Positions 21,231 through 31,474 of a stretch of 64,000 nt of DNA are shown one piece after another. The stretch spans positions 448,001 to 512,000 of the forward strand of contig JASGJN010000022.1 of NCBI GenBank assembly GCA_049840735.1. The letters are read 5' to 3'. The DNA is from Anaeromyxobacter sp. GTDB lineage: Bacteria; Myxococcota; Myxococcia; Myxococcales; Anaeromyxobacteraceae. Made by a program: the position numbers and the translations under genes. Positions within the stretch are counted from its first letter, which is position 1, and each line of letters opens with the position of its first letter. Under the pieces are notes generated by a model. That model ran no database searches, was not told where the DNA came from, and saw only the letters and a list, made by a program, of their open reading frames with translations.

Positions 21231-22538
21231 ATGGCCATGAACGGTTCCATTCCGGCCGGCCGCAGGGCCGCCGTGATCGCCGGTCTCCGTACCCCCTTCG
21301 TGAAGGCGGGCACGGACTTCAAGGATCTCTCCGCCACCGACCTCGGCGCGCTGGTGGTGAACGAGCTGGTGGCGCGCAGCGGGATTGCGCCGCGCGAGTT
21401 CGACTCGGTGGTGTTCGGGCAGGTGATCCCGTCCACCACGGTGACGCTCATCGGGCGCGAGATGGTCCTGCGCACCCAGCTGCCGCGCAACGTCCAGGCC
21501 CACACGGTGGCCCGCGCCTGCGCCACCTCCCTGCAGGCCGCCACCGCCGCGGCCGACCAGATCAACCTCGGCCACTCCGACGCCGCCATCGCGGGCGGGG
21601 CCGAGTCGATGTCCGACGCCCCCATCTTCGCCTCGCGCACGCTGGCCCAGACGCTGGTGGACGTCTCCCGCGCCAAGAGCGTGGGCGACCGGCTGAAGCT
21701 GCTCTCCCGCCTGCGCCCGCGCGACTTCGCCCCCAACCCGCCCGCGCTCAAGGAGCCCACCACCGGGCTGACCATGGGCGAGAGCGCCGAGCGCATGGCG
21801 CAGCTCAACGCCATCCCCCGCGCCGCGCAGGACACGCTCGCCTACGAGAGCCACGCGCGCGCCGCGGCCGCCTGGGAGGCCGGCCGGTTCGAGGGCGAGG
21901 TGATGCACGTGGCCGTGCCGCCCCGCTACGAGAAGATCTCGGCGCGCGACAACATCGTCCGCAAGGACACCACCGTGGCGGCGCTGGGGCAGCTCCGGCC
22001 CGTGTTCGACCGCCGGCACGGCACCATCACCGCCGGCAACGCCTCGCCGCTCACCGACGGCGCGGCGGCGGTGATCCTCATGAGCGACGAGAAGGCCAAG
22101 TCGCTGGGGCTCAAGCCGCTGGGCTACATCAAGGCCTACGCCTACGCCGCCCTCGACCCGCGCGACCAGCTGCTGCAGGGGCCGGCCTACGCCGCCCCCG
22201 TCGCGCTGGAGCGGGCCGGGCTGCGCCTGGCCGACATGGACCTGGTGGACATGCACGAGGCCTTCGCGGCGCAGGTGCTCTCCAACCTGAAGGCGTTCGC
22301 GTCGCGCAGCTTCGCCGAGAAGGAGCTGGGGCGCGGCGAGCCGCTGGGCGAGGTGGACCCCGCCCGGCTCAACGTCAACGGCGGCTCGATCGCCATCGGC
22401 CACCCCTTCGCCGCCACCGGCGCGCGGATGATCACCCAGACGCTGCGGGAGCTGGAGCGCCGCGGCGGCCAGCACGCGCTGCTGACGGTGTGCGCCGCCG
22501 GCGGCATCGGCGCCGCGGTGGTGCTGGAGCGGGCGTAG
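21231..22538 (+). CDS. fadI: acetyl-CoA C-acyltransferase (3-ketoacyl-CoA thiolase)
   Basis: RTPF, RACATS, HEAFAAQ, GGSIAIGHPFAATG, CAAGG. Confidence 0.92.
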   Translation: MAMNGSIPAGRRAAVIAGLRTPFVKAGTDFKDLSATDLGALVVNELVARSGIAPREFDSVVFGQVIPSTTVTLIGREMVLRTQLPRNVQAHTVARACATSLQAATAAADQINLGHSDAAIAGGAESMSDAPIFASRTLAQTLVDVSRAKSVGDRLKLLSRLRPRDFAPNPPALKEPTTGLTMGESAERMAQLNAIPRAAQDTLAYESHARAAAAWEAGRFEGEVMHVAVPPRYEKISARDNIVRKDTTVAALGQLRPVFDRRHGTITAGNASPLTDGAAAVILMSDEKAKSLGLKPLGYIKAYAYAALDPRDQLLQGPAYAAPVALERAGLRLADMDLVDMHEAFAAQVLSNLKAFASRSFAEKELGRGEPLGEVDPARLNVNGGSIAIGHPFAATGARMITQTLRELERRGGQHALLTVCAAGGIGAAVVLERA

Positions 22539-22600
22539 CGACTTCCAACGGACCCAGTGCTCCGCCGGCGCCGCACGCGGCCCGGCGGGTGGAGCGAGCG

Positions 22601-24772
22601 ATGATGACCGCAGAGGCGGTTGCTACGGCCCAGGCGACGCTGCGCAACTTCAAGCTGGAGGTGGCGGACGGCGTCGCCACCCTGCTGCTCGACGAGCCGG
22701 GCGAGAGCGTGAACGTGCTCGAGCCGGGCGTGGCGGGCGAGTTCTTCGGCCTGCTGGACCGGCTGGAGCAGGACCCGGCGGTGAAGGCGGTGGTGCTGGC
22801 CAGCGGCAAGAAGGACGGCTTCGTGGCCGGGGCCAAGATCGACATGATCCAGGCGGCCCGCAGCACGGCCGAGGCCGAGCAGCTGGCGCGCGACGCCCAG
22901 GCCGGCTTCGACCGGCTGGCGGCCTGGAGGAAGCCGGTGGTGGCCGCCATCCACGGCGCCTGCCTGGGCGGCGGGCTGGAGTGGGCGCTGGCCTGCCACT
23001 GGCGCATCGCCACCGACCACCGGAAGACGCAGCTCGGCCTGCCCGAGACGCAGCTGGGGCTCATCCCGGGCGCGGGCGGCACGCAGCGGCTCCCCCGGCT
23101 GATCGGGCTGCAGGCCGCGCTGGACATGATCCTGGCCGGCAAGACCGTGAAGGCCAGGAAGGCGCTCAAGCTGGGGCTGGTGGACGACCTGGTCCCGCCG
23201 CCGCTCCTGCTCCAGGTGGCGCGCGAGCGCGCGCTGGCGCTGGCGGCCGGCAAGGCCCGCCGCACGCCCCCCAAGGCCGGCGCCGCCGCGCAGCTGACCC
23301 GCGCCGCGCTGGAGGGGAACGCCCTCGGGCGCGGGGTGGTCTTCTCGCAGGCGCGCAAGGCGGTGCTGGGCAAGACGCGCGGCCACTACCCGGCGCCGCT
23401 CCGCGCGCTGGAGGCCATCGAGGCCGGCTACCGCGGCGGGTTCGCGAAGGGGCTGGCCCGCGAGGCCGAGCTGTTCGGGCAGCTCTCGCAGGGCGACGTC
23501 TCGAAGCGGCTGATCGAGATCTTCTTCGCCCAGACGGCGCTGAAGAAGGACAGCGGCGTGGACGACCCCGCCGTCAAGCCGCGCGAGGTGTCGCGCGTGG
23601 GCGTGCTGGGCGGCGGCCTGATGGGCAGCGGCATCGCCTACGTGACGGTGGGCGCCGACGTGCCGGTGCGCCTGCGCGAGCGCGACGACGCCGCCGGCGC
23701 CAGGGCGCTGGCCAGCGTGCGCGGCATCCTGGACGAGCGGGTCAAGAAGCGCTCCATCGACCGGCTCGAGCGGGACGAGAAGATGCGCCTGCTCACCACC
23801 ACCACCGACTGGTCCGGCTTCGCCAGCGTGGACGTGCTCATCGAGGCGGTGTTCGAGGACCTGGCGCTCAAGCAGGAGATGGTGAAGGCCTTCGAGGCGG
23901 TGAACCCGCGGGGCATCTTCGCCTCCAACACCTCGTCCATCCCCATCGGCGACATCGCCAAGGCCTCGGCCCACCCCGAGACCGTGCTGGGGATGCACTA
24001 CTTCTCGCCGGTCAACAAGATGCCGCTCTGCGAGATCATCGTCACCCCGCAGACCTCGCCCGAGGCCACGGCCACCGCGGTGGCGCTGGGCAAGAAGCAG
24101 GGCAAGGTGGTGATCGTGGTGGGGGACGGGCCGGGCTTCTACACCAGCCGCATCCTGGCCCCGTACATGAACGAGGCCGCCCAGCTGCTGGTGGAGGGGG
24201 CCGCCATCGAGGACCTCGACCGCGCGCTGACCGCCTTCGGCTTCCCGGTCGGCCCCATCACCCTGCTCGACGAGGTGGGCATCGACGTCGGCGACAAGGT
24301 CGGCAAGATCCTGCACGGCGCCTTCGGCGAGCGCATGTCGCCGCCGGCCGCGCTCCACGACGTGGTGGCCGCCGGCCGCCTGGGGCGGAAGAACCGCAAG
24401 GGCTTCTACACCTACGACGGCAAGAAGAAGCAGGTGGACCGGACCGTCTACGACCTGCTGCCCGGCGGCCAGGCCCGCAAGGCCATCCCGGCGGAGGAGA
24501 TCCAGCAGCGGGTGGTGCTGCAGATGGTCAACGAGGCCATCCTCTGCCTGGGCGAGAAGATCCTGCGCAGCCCGCGCGACGGCGACGTGGGCGCGGTCTT
24601 CGGCCTGGGGTTCCCGCCCTTCCGCGGCGGCCCCTTCCGCTGGGCGGACGCGGTGGGCACGAAGGCGCTGCTGGAGAAGATGCAGGCGCTGCAGCAGCGG
24701 CTCGGCGCGCGCTTCGCGCCGGCGCCGCTGCTGGTGGAGCTCGGCGCGGCCAACCGGCCGTTCCACGGCTGA
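22601..24772 (+). CDS. fadJ: fatty acid oxidation complex subunit alpha
   Basis: Crotonase domain (CLGGGLE, LGLPE..LGLIPGAGGTQRL) plus 3-hydroxyacyl-CoA dehydrogenase (GGGLMGSG, ASNTS, GMHYFSPV); GFPPFRGGPF. Confidence 0.93.
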   Translation: MMTAEAVATAQATLRNFKLEVADGVATLLLDEPGESVNVLEPGVAGEFFGLLDRLEQDPAVKAVVLASGKKDGFVAGAKIDMIQAARSTAEAEQLARDAQAGFDRLAAWRKPVVAAIHGACLGGGLEWALACHWRIATDHRKTQLGLPETQLGLIPGAGGTQRLPRLIGLQAALDMILAGKTVKARKALKLGLVDDLVPPPLLLQVARERALALAAGKARRTPPKAGAAAQLTRAALEGNALGRGVVFSQARKAVLGKTRGHYPAPLRALEAIEAGYRGGFAKGLAREAELFGQLSQGDVSKRLIEIFFAQTALKKDSGVDDPAVKPREVSRVGVLGGGLMGSGIAYVTVGADVPVRLRERDDAAGARALASVRGILDERVKKRSIDRLERDEKMRLLTTTTDWSGFASVDVLIEAVFEDLALKQEMVKAFEAVNPRGIFASNTSSIPIGDIAKASAHPETVLGMHYFSPVNKMPLCEIIVTPQTSPEATATAVALGKKQGKVVIVVGDGPGFYTSRILAPYMNEAAQLLVEGAAIEDLDRALTAFGFPVGPITLLDEVGIDVGDKVGKILHGAFGERMSPPAALHDVVAAGRLGRKNRKGFYTYDGKKKQVDRTVYDLLPGGQARKAIPAEEIQQRVVLQMVNEAILCLGEKILRSPRDGDVGAVFGLGFPPFRGGPFRWADAVGTKALLEKMQALQQRLGARFAPAPLLVELGAANRPFHG

Positions 24773-25410
24773 GTCGGCGTTCACGCAGCGTCAACACGTA
24801 CGCGGCGTCCTCCTCGCGGAGGGCGCCGCGGCGCGCTTCAGGGGCCGGGCGAGCGCCTGGTCTCGCGCGGTCCCGGGCCGATCGCGGAGGGCGGCGCCGG
24901 ATCGGCGCGGAGCGGGGTGCAGTGGAACCCGTACCTTGTTGCCGTGACGCACCCGCAACGGCCTGTGAGACACGGTATCCCGAGCCGGATCCTTCACTGA
25001 TGGCGGGGCCTTGGGGTGGCGCGGCGGCCGCCAATGGGGGCGGGGACCAGCGCCGGGGCCACGCCGAGGTGGACTGGGTGAGATAGCCCAATTCCCCGGG
25101 CGACACCGTTGCGCAATTTCGGCTGCAAGGATTGCGGGCCGGACCCGGGCTGCCCGGCGTCCCCCGGGTCGCCGCGTGTCGGATTGCGCTGCAAATGGCT
25201 GTAAATCTGCGGTTTCGCGCGTCTTTGTCGGTGGTGCGACAGGGTGGGCGTCCGGGCAAGGATTGCGCACGCCTTAACCATTCGAGAACAGGAACGATTA
25301 AGAACTTTGCAGTGGACGAGTTGACGCGCGCGGTGCCGCCGCCTTTCATACGCGCATTCGGGGCGGGTGGAGTGTCCGCCTTCCTTTCCACGTGTGCAGG
25401 GGAGTTTCGA

Positions 25411-27819
25411 ATGTCCATCGCGTTCATGAAGCGGAGCGGCGCCGTCGTGCTGGCCGGTCTGCTGGTCCTGGCCGGCTGCTCCGGCTCGGACGGATCCCAG
25501 GGGGCCACCGGCCCGACGGGTCCGACCGGCCCGACCGGTCCCACCGGCCCGACTGGTCCCACCGGCCCCACCGGCCCTGGCGGTTCGATCCCCGCGGGCG
25601 CGGGCCTCCAGATCGAGATCCTGGATGCCACCGTCCCGGCCACCGGCGCGCCCTCCGTGCGCTTCACGGTGAAGGACGCGCAGGGCGCGGCCATCGACAT
25701 CAAGGCCGAGATCGCGGCCGGCATGATCGCGCCGCGCTTCGTGGTCGGCGCGCTGGACTCCGCCGGCCAGTACACCAGCCTCTACACCGCCCAGGCGACC
25801 CCGAAGGCGTACACGGACGCCGAGGGCAACCCGCAGACGCCGACCGGCGAGGCGGTCACCCAGGCCACCTACAGCCCGCCCTTCAGCGCCACGGCCGACC
25901 AGATCCAGGCCGCGTACGTGAAGGTCGCTGACGGCGAGTACACCTACACCTTCACCGCCGCGCCGAACGTGGCCAGCCCGGGCCAGGACGCGACGCACAC
26001 CGTCGGCATGTGGGCCAACCGGACCGTGGACGGCGTGGTCTACCCGGCCAGCGCGACCAAGAGCGTCGTGCCCGCCGGCGGCACCCCTGCCACCCGCTCG
26101 GTGGTGTCCGACAACGCCTGCAACAGCTGCCACAACAAGCTCCAGGCGCACGACGAGCGGCGCACCGTGGGCCTCTGCCTGGTCTGCCACTCGGCCCAGA
26201 CCACGGATCCCGAGACCGGCAACACCATGGCGATGGCCTACCTGGTCCACCGCATCCACATCGGCGACAGCGTCGGCGCCACCGTCGGCGTCGAGGGCTA
26301 CCACGTCGTCGGCTACCGCCAGACCGACCACAGCTACGGTGAGGTCAACTTCGCCGGGCCGCGCAACAGCGTGAAGTACTGCTCCAAGTGCCACGACGGC
26401 GAGCAGGCCAGCCTGGCCCAGAAGCCCACCGAGTTCACCTGCAAGTCCTGCCACGAGGACGTGAACCTCGAGGACCACCCGCGCACCGGCGACGGCCCGA
26501 AGCACGACGACGCCCAGTGCGCCCTCTGCCACAACGCCAACAGCATGGCCAAGGTCCACTCCTTCGGCTACGACGTCGGCACCAACATCACGGTCGACGA
26601 TCCCGAGATCCACGTCACCATCGACGACGTCACCAACGTGGACGTCGGCGCCGGCCCGACCGTCACCTTCACGGTGACCAGCCACGGCCAGCCGTACAGC
26701 ATCCACGAGGCCGGCAAGGCGCTGACCCAGCTCCGCTTCACCCTGGGCGGCCCGGCCACCGACTACGGCAACGTCAACACCTCCCCCACCGCCGGCACGC
26801 CGACCCCGTACCTCGGCTACTGGCAGCTGACGCTGAACGCCGCCGCGCAGGCCGCGCTGGTCCCGGTCGCCGCGGGCCAGTACACGGCCTCCTTCCCGGC
26901 CAAGCAGACCATCAACGCGGTCCAGTACGACACCCTGCCGGCCGCCACGGCGGGCACGACGGTCGCCATCGGCGTGGAGCCGTACATCACGCTGACCAAG
27001 ACCGAGGGCGTCATCACCTCCGCGGGCAAGAGCTTCGTGGACGCCGGCATCCCGAACATCGTCTACCGCGTGGTGAACGGCGGTGAGCCGGTCGAGCGCC
27101 GCGCGGTCGTCGCCGACGCGAAGTGCAACGCCTGCCACCGCGACCTGGGCTTCCACGGCTCCAGCGCGCGCAAGGGCGTCCAGTACTGCCTGCTCTGCCA
27201 CCACCCGAACAACGCCAACGACGAGCGCTGGGCCCGCTACGAGGTCACCCCGACCGCCGAGTCCGGCGCGCCGCTCCCGAACCCGATCTCCGGCGCCGGC
27301 GCCGCCTGGAAGACCCAGGTCGAGTCCGTGTCGCTGCAGTACATGGTGCACCGCATCCACGCCGGCGCCGCGCTGTCCAACGGCGGGACGTGGTACGGCG
27401 GCAACCCCTCGGCCACGACCGCGAACCCCCAGGGCAACGCCGAGTTCTTCTCGGCGCCGTTCGTGGGCGACATCGGCAAGTGCACGACCTGCCACGAGGG
27501 CGAGACCTGGAAGCTGCCCGAGTCGGCCGGCCTCATCCCGATGAAGATGCCGGTCTGGGCCTGCAGCGAGGCGGCCGCGAACGACGCCGACGGCTACTGC
27601 ACCGGCTCGGCCTGGGCCGAGGTGGCCGCGGTGGCCGGCGACCCGACCACCACGCAGTTCTTCAAGCCGCAGATGGCGGCCTGCACCAGCTGCCACGACA
27701 GCAGCTCGGCCCGCGTGCACGCGCAGCTGAACGGCACCGCCTCCGGCGAGGCCTGCGCCACCTGCCACGGCGACGGCGCCCTCTGGGACGTCGCCCAGAT
27801 GCACGGTGAGGAGCCCTAG
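25411..27819 (+). CDS. OmcA/MtrC-type decaheme c-type cytochrome lipoprotein
   Basis: Lipobox LAG-C; 10 CxxCH motifs in two blocks of five, each after a beta-rich domain; HRIH motifs. Confidence 0.88.
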   Translation: MSIAFMKRSGAVVLAGLLVLAGCSGSDGSQGATGPTGPTGPTGPTGPTGPTGPTGPGGSIPAGAGLQIEILDATVPATGAPSVRFTVKDAQGAAIDIKAEIAAGMIAPRFVVGALDSAGQYTSLYTAQATPKAYTDAEGNPQTPTGEAVTQATYSPPFSATADQIQAAYVKVADGEYTYTFTAAPNVASPGQDATHTVGMWANRTVDGVVYPASATKSVVPAGGTPATRSVVSDNACNSCHNKLQAHDERRTVGLCLVCHSAQTTDPETGNTMAMAYLVHRIHIGDSVGATVGVEGYHVVGYRQTDHSYGEVNFAGPRNSVKYCSKCHDGEQASLAQKPTEFTCKSCHEDVNLEDHPRTGDGPKHDDAQCALCHNANSMAKVHSFGYDVGTNITVDDPEIHVTIDDVTNVDVGAGPTVTFTVTSHGQPYSIHEAGKALTQLRFTLGGPATDYGNVNTSPTAGTPTPYLGYWQLTLNAAAQAALVPVAAGQYTASFPAKQTINAVQYDTLPAATAGTTVAIGVEPYITLTKTEGVITSAGKSFVDAGIPNIVYRVVNGGEPVERRAVVADAKCNACHRDLGFHGSSARKGVQYCLLCHHPNNANDERWARYEVTPTAESGAPLPNPISGAGAAWKTQVESVSLQYMVHRIHAGAALSNGGTWYGGNPSATTANPQGNAEFFSAPFVGDIGKCTTCHEGETWKLPESAGLIPMKMPVWACSEAAANDADGYCTGSAWAEVAAVAGDPTTTQFFKPQMAACTSCHDSSSARVHAQLNGTASGEACATCHGDGALWDVAQMHGEEP

Positions 27820-27874
27820 GCTCCGTAGCTAGAAGCGGTCAGGCGGCCCCTGGTGCGCTCCGGCGCCCCAGGGG

Positions 27875-28270
27875 CCGTCGTCTATGCGGGGACTGCGTCC
27901 CCGCCCCAGGAGCAAAGCTCCTGGGGCCCCACCCCTGCTGCGCTGGGTCCCGCCGCGCTGCGGGCCCGTGTCTTCCAGGCGGTGGAAGGGGCCCTTGCGC
28001 GGCACCCAGCGCCGAGGGGGGCTGACGCCCCCCTCCCCCGGCCACATGCCGGGGCCCCCACCCCCGCGGACCGTCGTCCATGCGGGGACTGCGTCCCCGC
28101 CCCAGGAGCAAAGCTCCTGGGGCCCCACCCCTGCTGCGCTGGGTCCCGCCGCGCTGCGGGGCCGTGTCTTCCAGCCGGTGGAAGGGGCCCTTGCGCGGCA
28201 CCCAGCGCCGAGGGGGGCTGACGCCCCCCTCCCCCGGCCACACGCCGGGGCCCCCACCCCCGCGGACCGT
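27875..28270. repeat. 196-bp tandem duplication of a multi-hairpin element
   Basis: Copies start at 27875 and 28071 with about 4 mismatches; internal hairpins GCGGGGAC/GTCCCCGC and CCCCAGGAGC-AAA-GCTCCTGGGG. Confidence 0.92.
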
Positions 28271-28343
28271 ACTCGGGGCCTCGGGCTCACGGAGAGCCCG
28301 CTGGCCAGCGGGCAGCCGGGCGTCTAGGATCCCCCCCGCCCAC

Positions 28344-29273
28344 ATGAAGCTGCGCCTGGTCCTGCCCCTCATCATCGGCTTCGTCTTCCTGCCCGCGGCG
28401 CTGCTCATCGCGGTCGGCATCCTGATCCTCGTCTACGGGTCGGTGCCCCGCGATTACCTGTTCGGCATCCTCATCCTGGCCTTCGTCGGCACCACGCTGG
28501 TGGGCACGGCCGCCACGCTGGTGGTGCTCTACCGCGAGGCCCGGGTGGCCCGGCTGCAGACCGACTTCGTCAACAAGGTGAGCCACGAGCTGCGCACCCC
28601 GCTCACCTCCATCCGCATGTTCGTCGAGACCCTGCAGCTGGGCCGGCTGCAGGACCCGGCCCGGCAGCGCGAGGCGCTGGAGATCGTGGCGGAGGAGACC
28701 GCCCGCCTCTCCGGCCTCATCAACCGGCTGCTGGACTGGGCCCGCATGGAGTCGGGGCGCCGCACCTACCAGCTCGCGCGCCAGCCGCTCGAGCCCATCG
28801 TGGAGGCGGCGCTGACGGCCTTCGAGCCGCAGCTGCTCCACCAGCCCGCCGAGGTGGTCCGGCAGTTCGAGCCCGGGCTGCCGCCGGTGATGGCCGACCG
28901 CGACGCGCTGGCGGAGGCGCTGCTCAACCTGTTCAACAACGCGTTCAAGTACACCGGGGCGCAGAAGCGCATCACCGTGGCGCTGGCAGCGCACGGCCCC
29001 TCGGTCACCGTCAGCGTGACGGACAACGGCCCGGGCATCTCCCTCCGCGACCAGAAGCGGATCTTCGAGAAGTTCTACCGGGCCCGCGATCCGCTCTCGC
29101 GCACCATCGAGGGGACGGGGCTCGGGCTCGCCATGGTGAAGCACATCGTCGGCGCCCACGCCGGGCGCATCGAGGTGAGGAGCGAGGTGGGGCAGGGCGC
29201 CAGCTTCGTGATCACCTTGCCTGCGGCGCGCCCGGCGCCCGCGGCGCAGGCAGCCCAGGCGAGAGGGAGGTGA
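28344..29273 (+). CDS. sensor histidine kinase
   Basis: 2 TM segments, VSHELRTPL H-box, NAFKY, DNGPG, GTGLGL. Confidence 0.92.
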   Translation: MKLRLVLPLIIGFVFLPAALLIAVGILILVYGSVPRDYLFGILILAFVGTTLVGTAATLVVLYREARVARLQTDFVNKVSHELRTPLTSIRMFVETLQLGRLQDPARQREALEIVAEETARLSGLINRLLDWARMESGRRTYQLARQPLEPIVEAALTAFEPQLLHQPAEVVRQFEPGLPPVMADRDALAEALLNLFNNAFKYTGAQKRITVALAAHGPSVTVSVTDNGPGISLRDQKRIFEKFYRARDPLSRTIEGTGLGLAMVKHIVGAHAGRIEVRSEVGQGASFVITLPAARPAPAAQAAQARGR

Positions 29274-29280
29274 GCGGCCC

Positions 29281-29973
29281 ATGTCCGACCGGATCCTGAT
29301 CATCGAGGACGACCCGTCCATCCTCAGGGGCCTGCAGCTCAACCTGGGCATGGAGGGCTACACCGTCCGCTCGGCCATGGACGGCGGAGACCGGCCTGCA
29401 GCTGGCGCGGACGGAGAAGCCCGACCTGGTGGTGGTGGACGTGATGCTGCCGCGCATGGGCGGGCTGGACGTGGTCCGCGAGATCCGCCGCGAGGACCCG
29501 CACCTGCCGGTGCTCATCCTCTCGGCCAAGGGGCAGGAGAGCGACAAGGTGGCGGGGCTGCAGCTGGGGGCCGACGACTACATGGTCAAGCCCTTCGGCC
29601 TCAAGGAGCTGCTGGCGCGGATCGAGGCGCTCCTGCGCCGCCACCGGGCGCGCGGCGAGGCGGGCCCCCCCGGAACGTGCGCAAGGTGGGCGCGGTGGAG
29701 GTGGACCTGGAGGCCCGCCGCGCCACCGCCGACGGCCGGACGCTGGACCTGACCAGCCGCGAGTTCGACCTGCTGGCCTTCTTCATCAGCCACCCGGACC
29801 GCGTCTACTCGCGCGAGCAGCTGATGGAGTCGGTCTGGGGCTCGCGCTACTTCGGCACCGCGCGCACCGTGGACAACTTCGTGGCCCGGCTGCGGGCCCA
29901 CATCGGCGACGACGCCGAGAGCCCGCGGCACCTGGAGACGGTGCGCGGGGTGGGCTACCGGTTCAATCCGTAG
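29281..29973 (+). CDS. OmpR-family response regulator (compensating frameshifts ~29386 and ~29670)
   Basis: ILIIEDD; VVDVMLP...GADDYMVKPF in an alternate frame; winged helix LTSREFDLL...ETVRGVGYRF. Confidence 0.88.
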   Translation: MSDRILIIEDDPSILRGLQLNLGMEGYTVRSAMDGGDRPAAGADGEARPGGGGRDAAAHGRAGRGPRDPPRGPAPAGAHPLGQGAGERQGGGAAAGGRRLHGQALRPQGAAGADRGAPAPPPGARRGGPPRNVRKVGAVEVDLEARRATADGRTLDLTSREFDLLAFFISHPDRVYSREQLMESVWGSRYFGTARTVDNFVARLRAHIGDDAESPRHLETVRGVGYRFNP

Positions 29974-31393
29974 CCAGCGCCGCCCGCACGGCCCGCAGCA
30001 CCGCCTCGTCCTCCCCCGGCAGCACCGTGCGCGGGTCGAGCACCACGCGGTCGTCCTCGATGCGCGCGATCACCGGCGGCTGCGCCTGGCGGAGGCGGGC
30101 CAGCTGCGCCTCGGCGCGGCCGGCCGGCAGGGTCACGAGCGAGGTGGGCAGGGTCACCTCCGGCAGCGAGCCGCCGCCCACCGCCGACCGCCCCGCTCGC
30201 ACCTCGCAGCCGCCGCCCAGCGCCTCGCACCAGGCCCGGGCGCGCGCGGCCAGCAGGTGCGGCTCGGTCGCCAGCGCCCGCCAGACCGGGATGCGGGTCT
30301 CGGCCTCGCCGCGCTCGTGCAGCGAGAGCGTGGCCATCAGGCCCGCCAGCGTGACCTTGTCGATGCGCAGCGCGCGCAGCAGCGGGTGGCGGCGCAGGCG
30401 CGCCAGGGCCTCGCGCCGGCCCACCAGCAGCCCGGCCTGCGGGCCGCCCAGCAGCTTGTCGCCGCTGAACGTGACCACGTCGGCGCCGGCCCGGACGCGC
30501 GCCTGCACGGTGGGCTCCTCGCCCAGGCCGAAGGGGCGGGTCTCGATGAGCGTGCCGGAGCCGACGTCGTCCACCACCCACAGCCCGCGCGCCCGCCCCA
30601 GCGCCACCAGCTCCTCCAGCGTCACGTCGTGCACGAACCCTGAGACGCGGAAGTTGGAGCGGTGGACCGAGAGCAGGGCCCGGGTGCGCGGCCCGACGGC
30701 CGCCTCGAAGTCGCGCGCGTAGGTGCGGTTGGTGGTGCCCACCTCCACCAGCGCGGCGCCGGACCGGAGCAGCACGTCGGGGATGCGGAAGCCGCCGCCG
30801 ATCTCCACCAGCTGGCCGCGCGAGACGATCACCTCCGGGCGCCCCTCGGCCGGCGCGGCCGCCGCCTCCCCCGGCCGCGCCTCGCCCAGCCCCGCCAGCG
30901 CCAGCAGCACCGCGGCGGCGCCGTTGTTCACCACCAGCGCGGCCTCGGCCCCGGTCAGCCGGCAGAGCGCGGCCTCGGCGTGGGCGTAGCGGTCGCCCCG
31001 CTCGCCGCTCTCCAGGTCGTACTCCAGGGTGAGGTAGCCCTCGGCCGCCTGCCGCATAGCGTCGATGGCCTCGGCGGCCAGCGGCGCACGCCCCAGGTTG
31101 GTATGTACGACCACGCCGGTGGCGTTCACCACCGGGCGAAGCGTGCCGCGCGCCACCTCCTCCAGGCGGCCCAGCACGGCGGCCTCGACGGCGTCCGGTG
31201 CCGGGCACGGGTGGCCCCCCAGGATGGCCTGCCGCTCGGTCTCGAGGGCCGTCCGGACGGCCTCCAGCACGGCGCCGCGGCCGAGGCGGAGCACCAGGCC
31301 GGCGCGGTCGGCGGCCTCCAGCAGGCGGTCGGTCCGGGGCAGCTTCCGGAGCTCCGACGACGCATCCGGGGCGGGTGGGCTGGGAGGGCTCAT
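29963..31393 (-). CDS. selA: L-seryl-tRNA(Sec) selenium transferase
   Basis: NATGVVVHTNLGRAPL, VEIGGGFRIPD, EVGTTNRT, FSGDKLLGGPQAG, RALRIDK. Confidence 0.95.
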   Translation of the reverse strand: MSPPSPPAPDASSELRKLPRTDRLLEAADRAGLVLRLGRGAVLEAVRTALETERQAILGGHPCPAPDAVEAAVLGRLEEVARGTLRPVVNATGVVVHTNLGRAPLAAEAIDAMRQAAEGYLTLEYDLESGERGDRYAHAEAALCRLTGAEAALVVNNGAAAVLLALAGLGEARPGEAAAAPAEGRPEVIVSRGQLVEIGGGFRIPDVLLRSGAALVEVGTTNRTYARDFEAAVGPRTRALLSVHRSNFRVSGFVHDVTLEELVALGRARGLWVVDDVGSGTLIETRPFGLGEEPTVQARVRAGADVVTFSGDKLLGGPQAGLLVGRREALARLRRHPLLRALRIDKVTLAGLMATLSLHERGEAETRIPVWRALATEPHLLAARARAWCEALGGGCEVRAGRSAVGGGSLPEVTLPTSLVTLPAGRAEAQLARLRQAQPPVIARIEDDRVVLDPRTVLPGEDEAVLRAVRAALATD

Positions 31394-31474
31394 GTCCGCA
31401 TGCTCAGGTCGCTTTTTGGCCTAGAAGATCGCTTGCTTGACCGGCGGCAGGATTGTAATCCTTCGCCCCACCCT

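Noticed and set aside
25250..25270. Sigma54 promoter upstream of the decaheme cytochrome
   Set aside because: GGGCAAGGATTGCGC lacks correct TTGC placement relative to the GG
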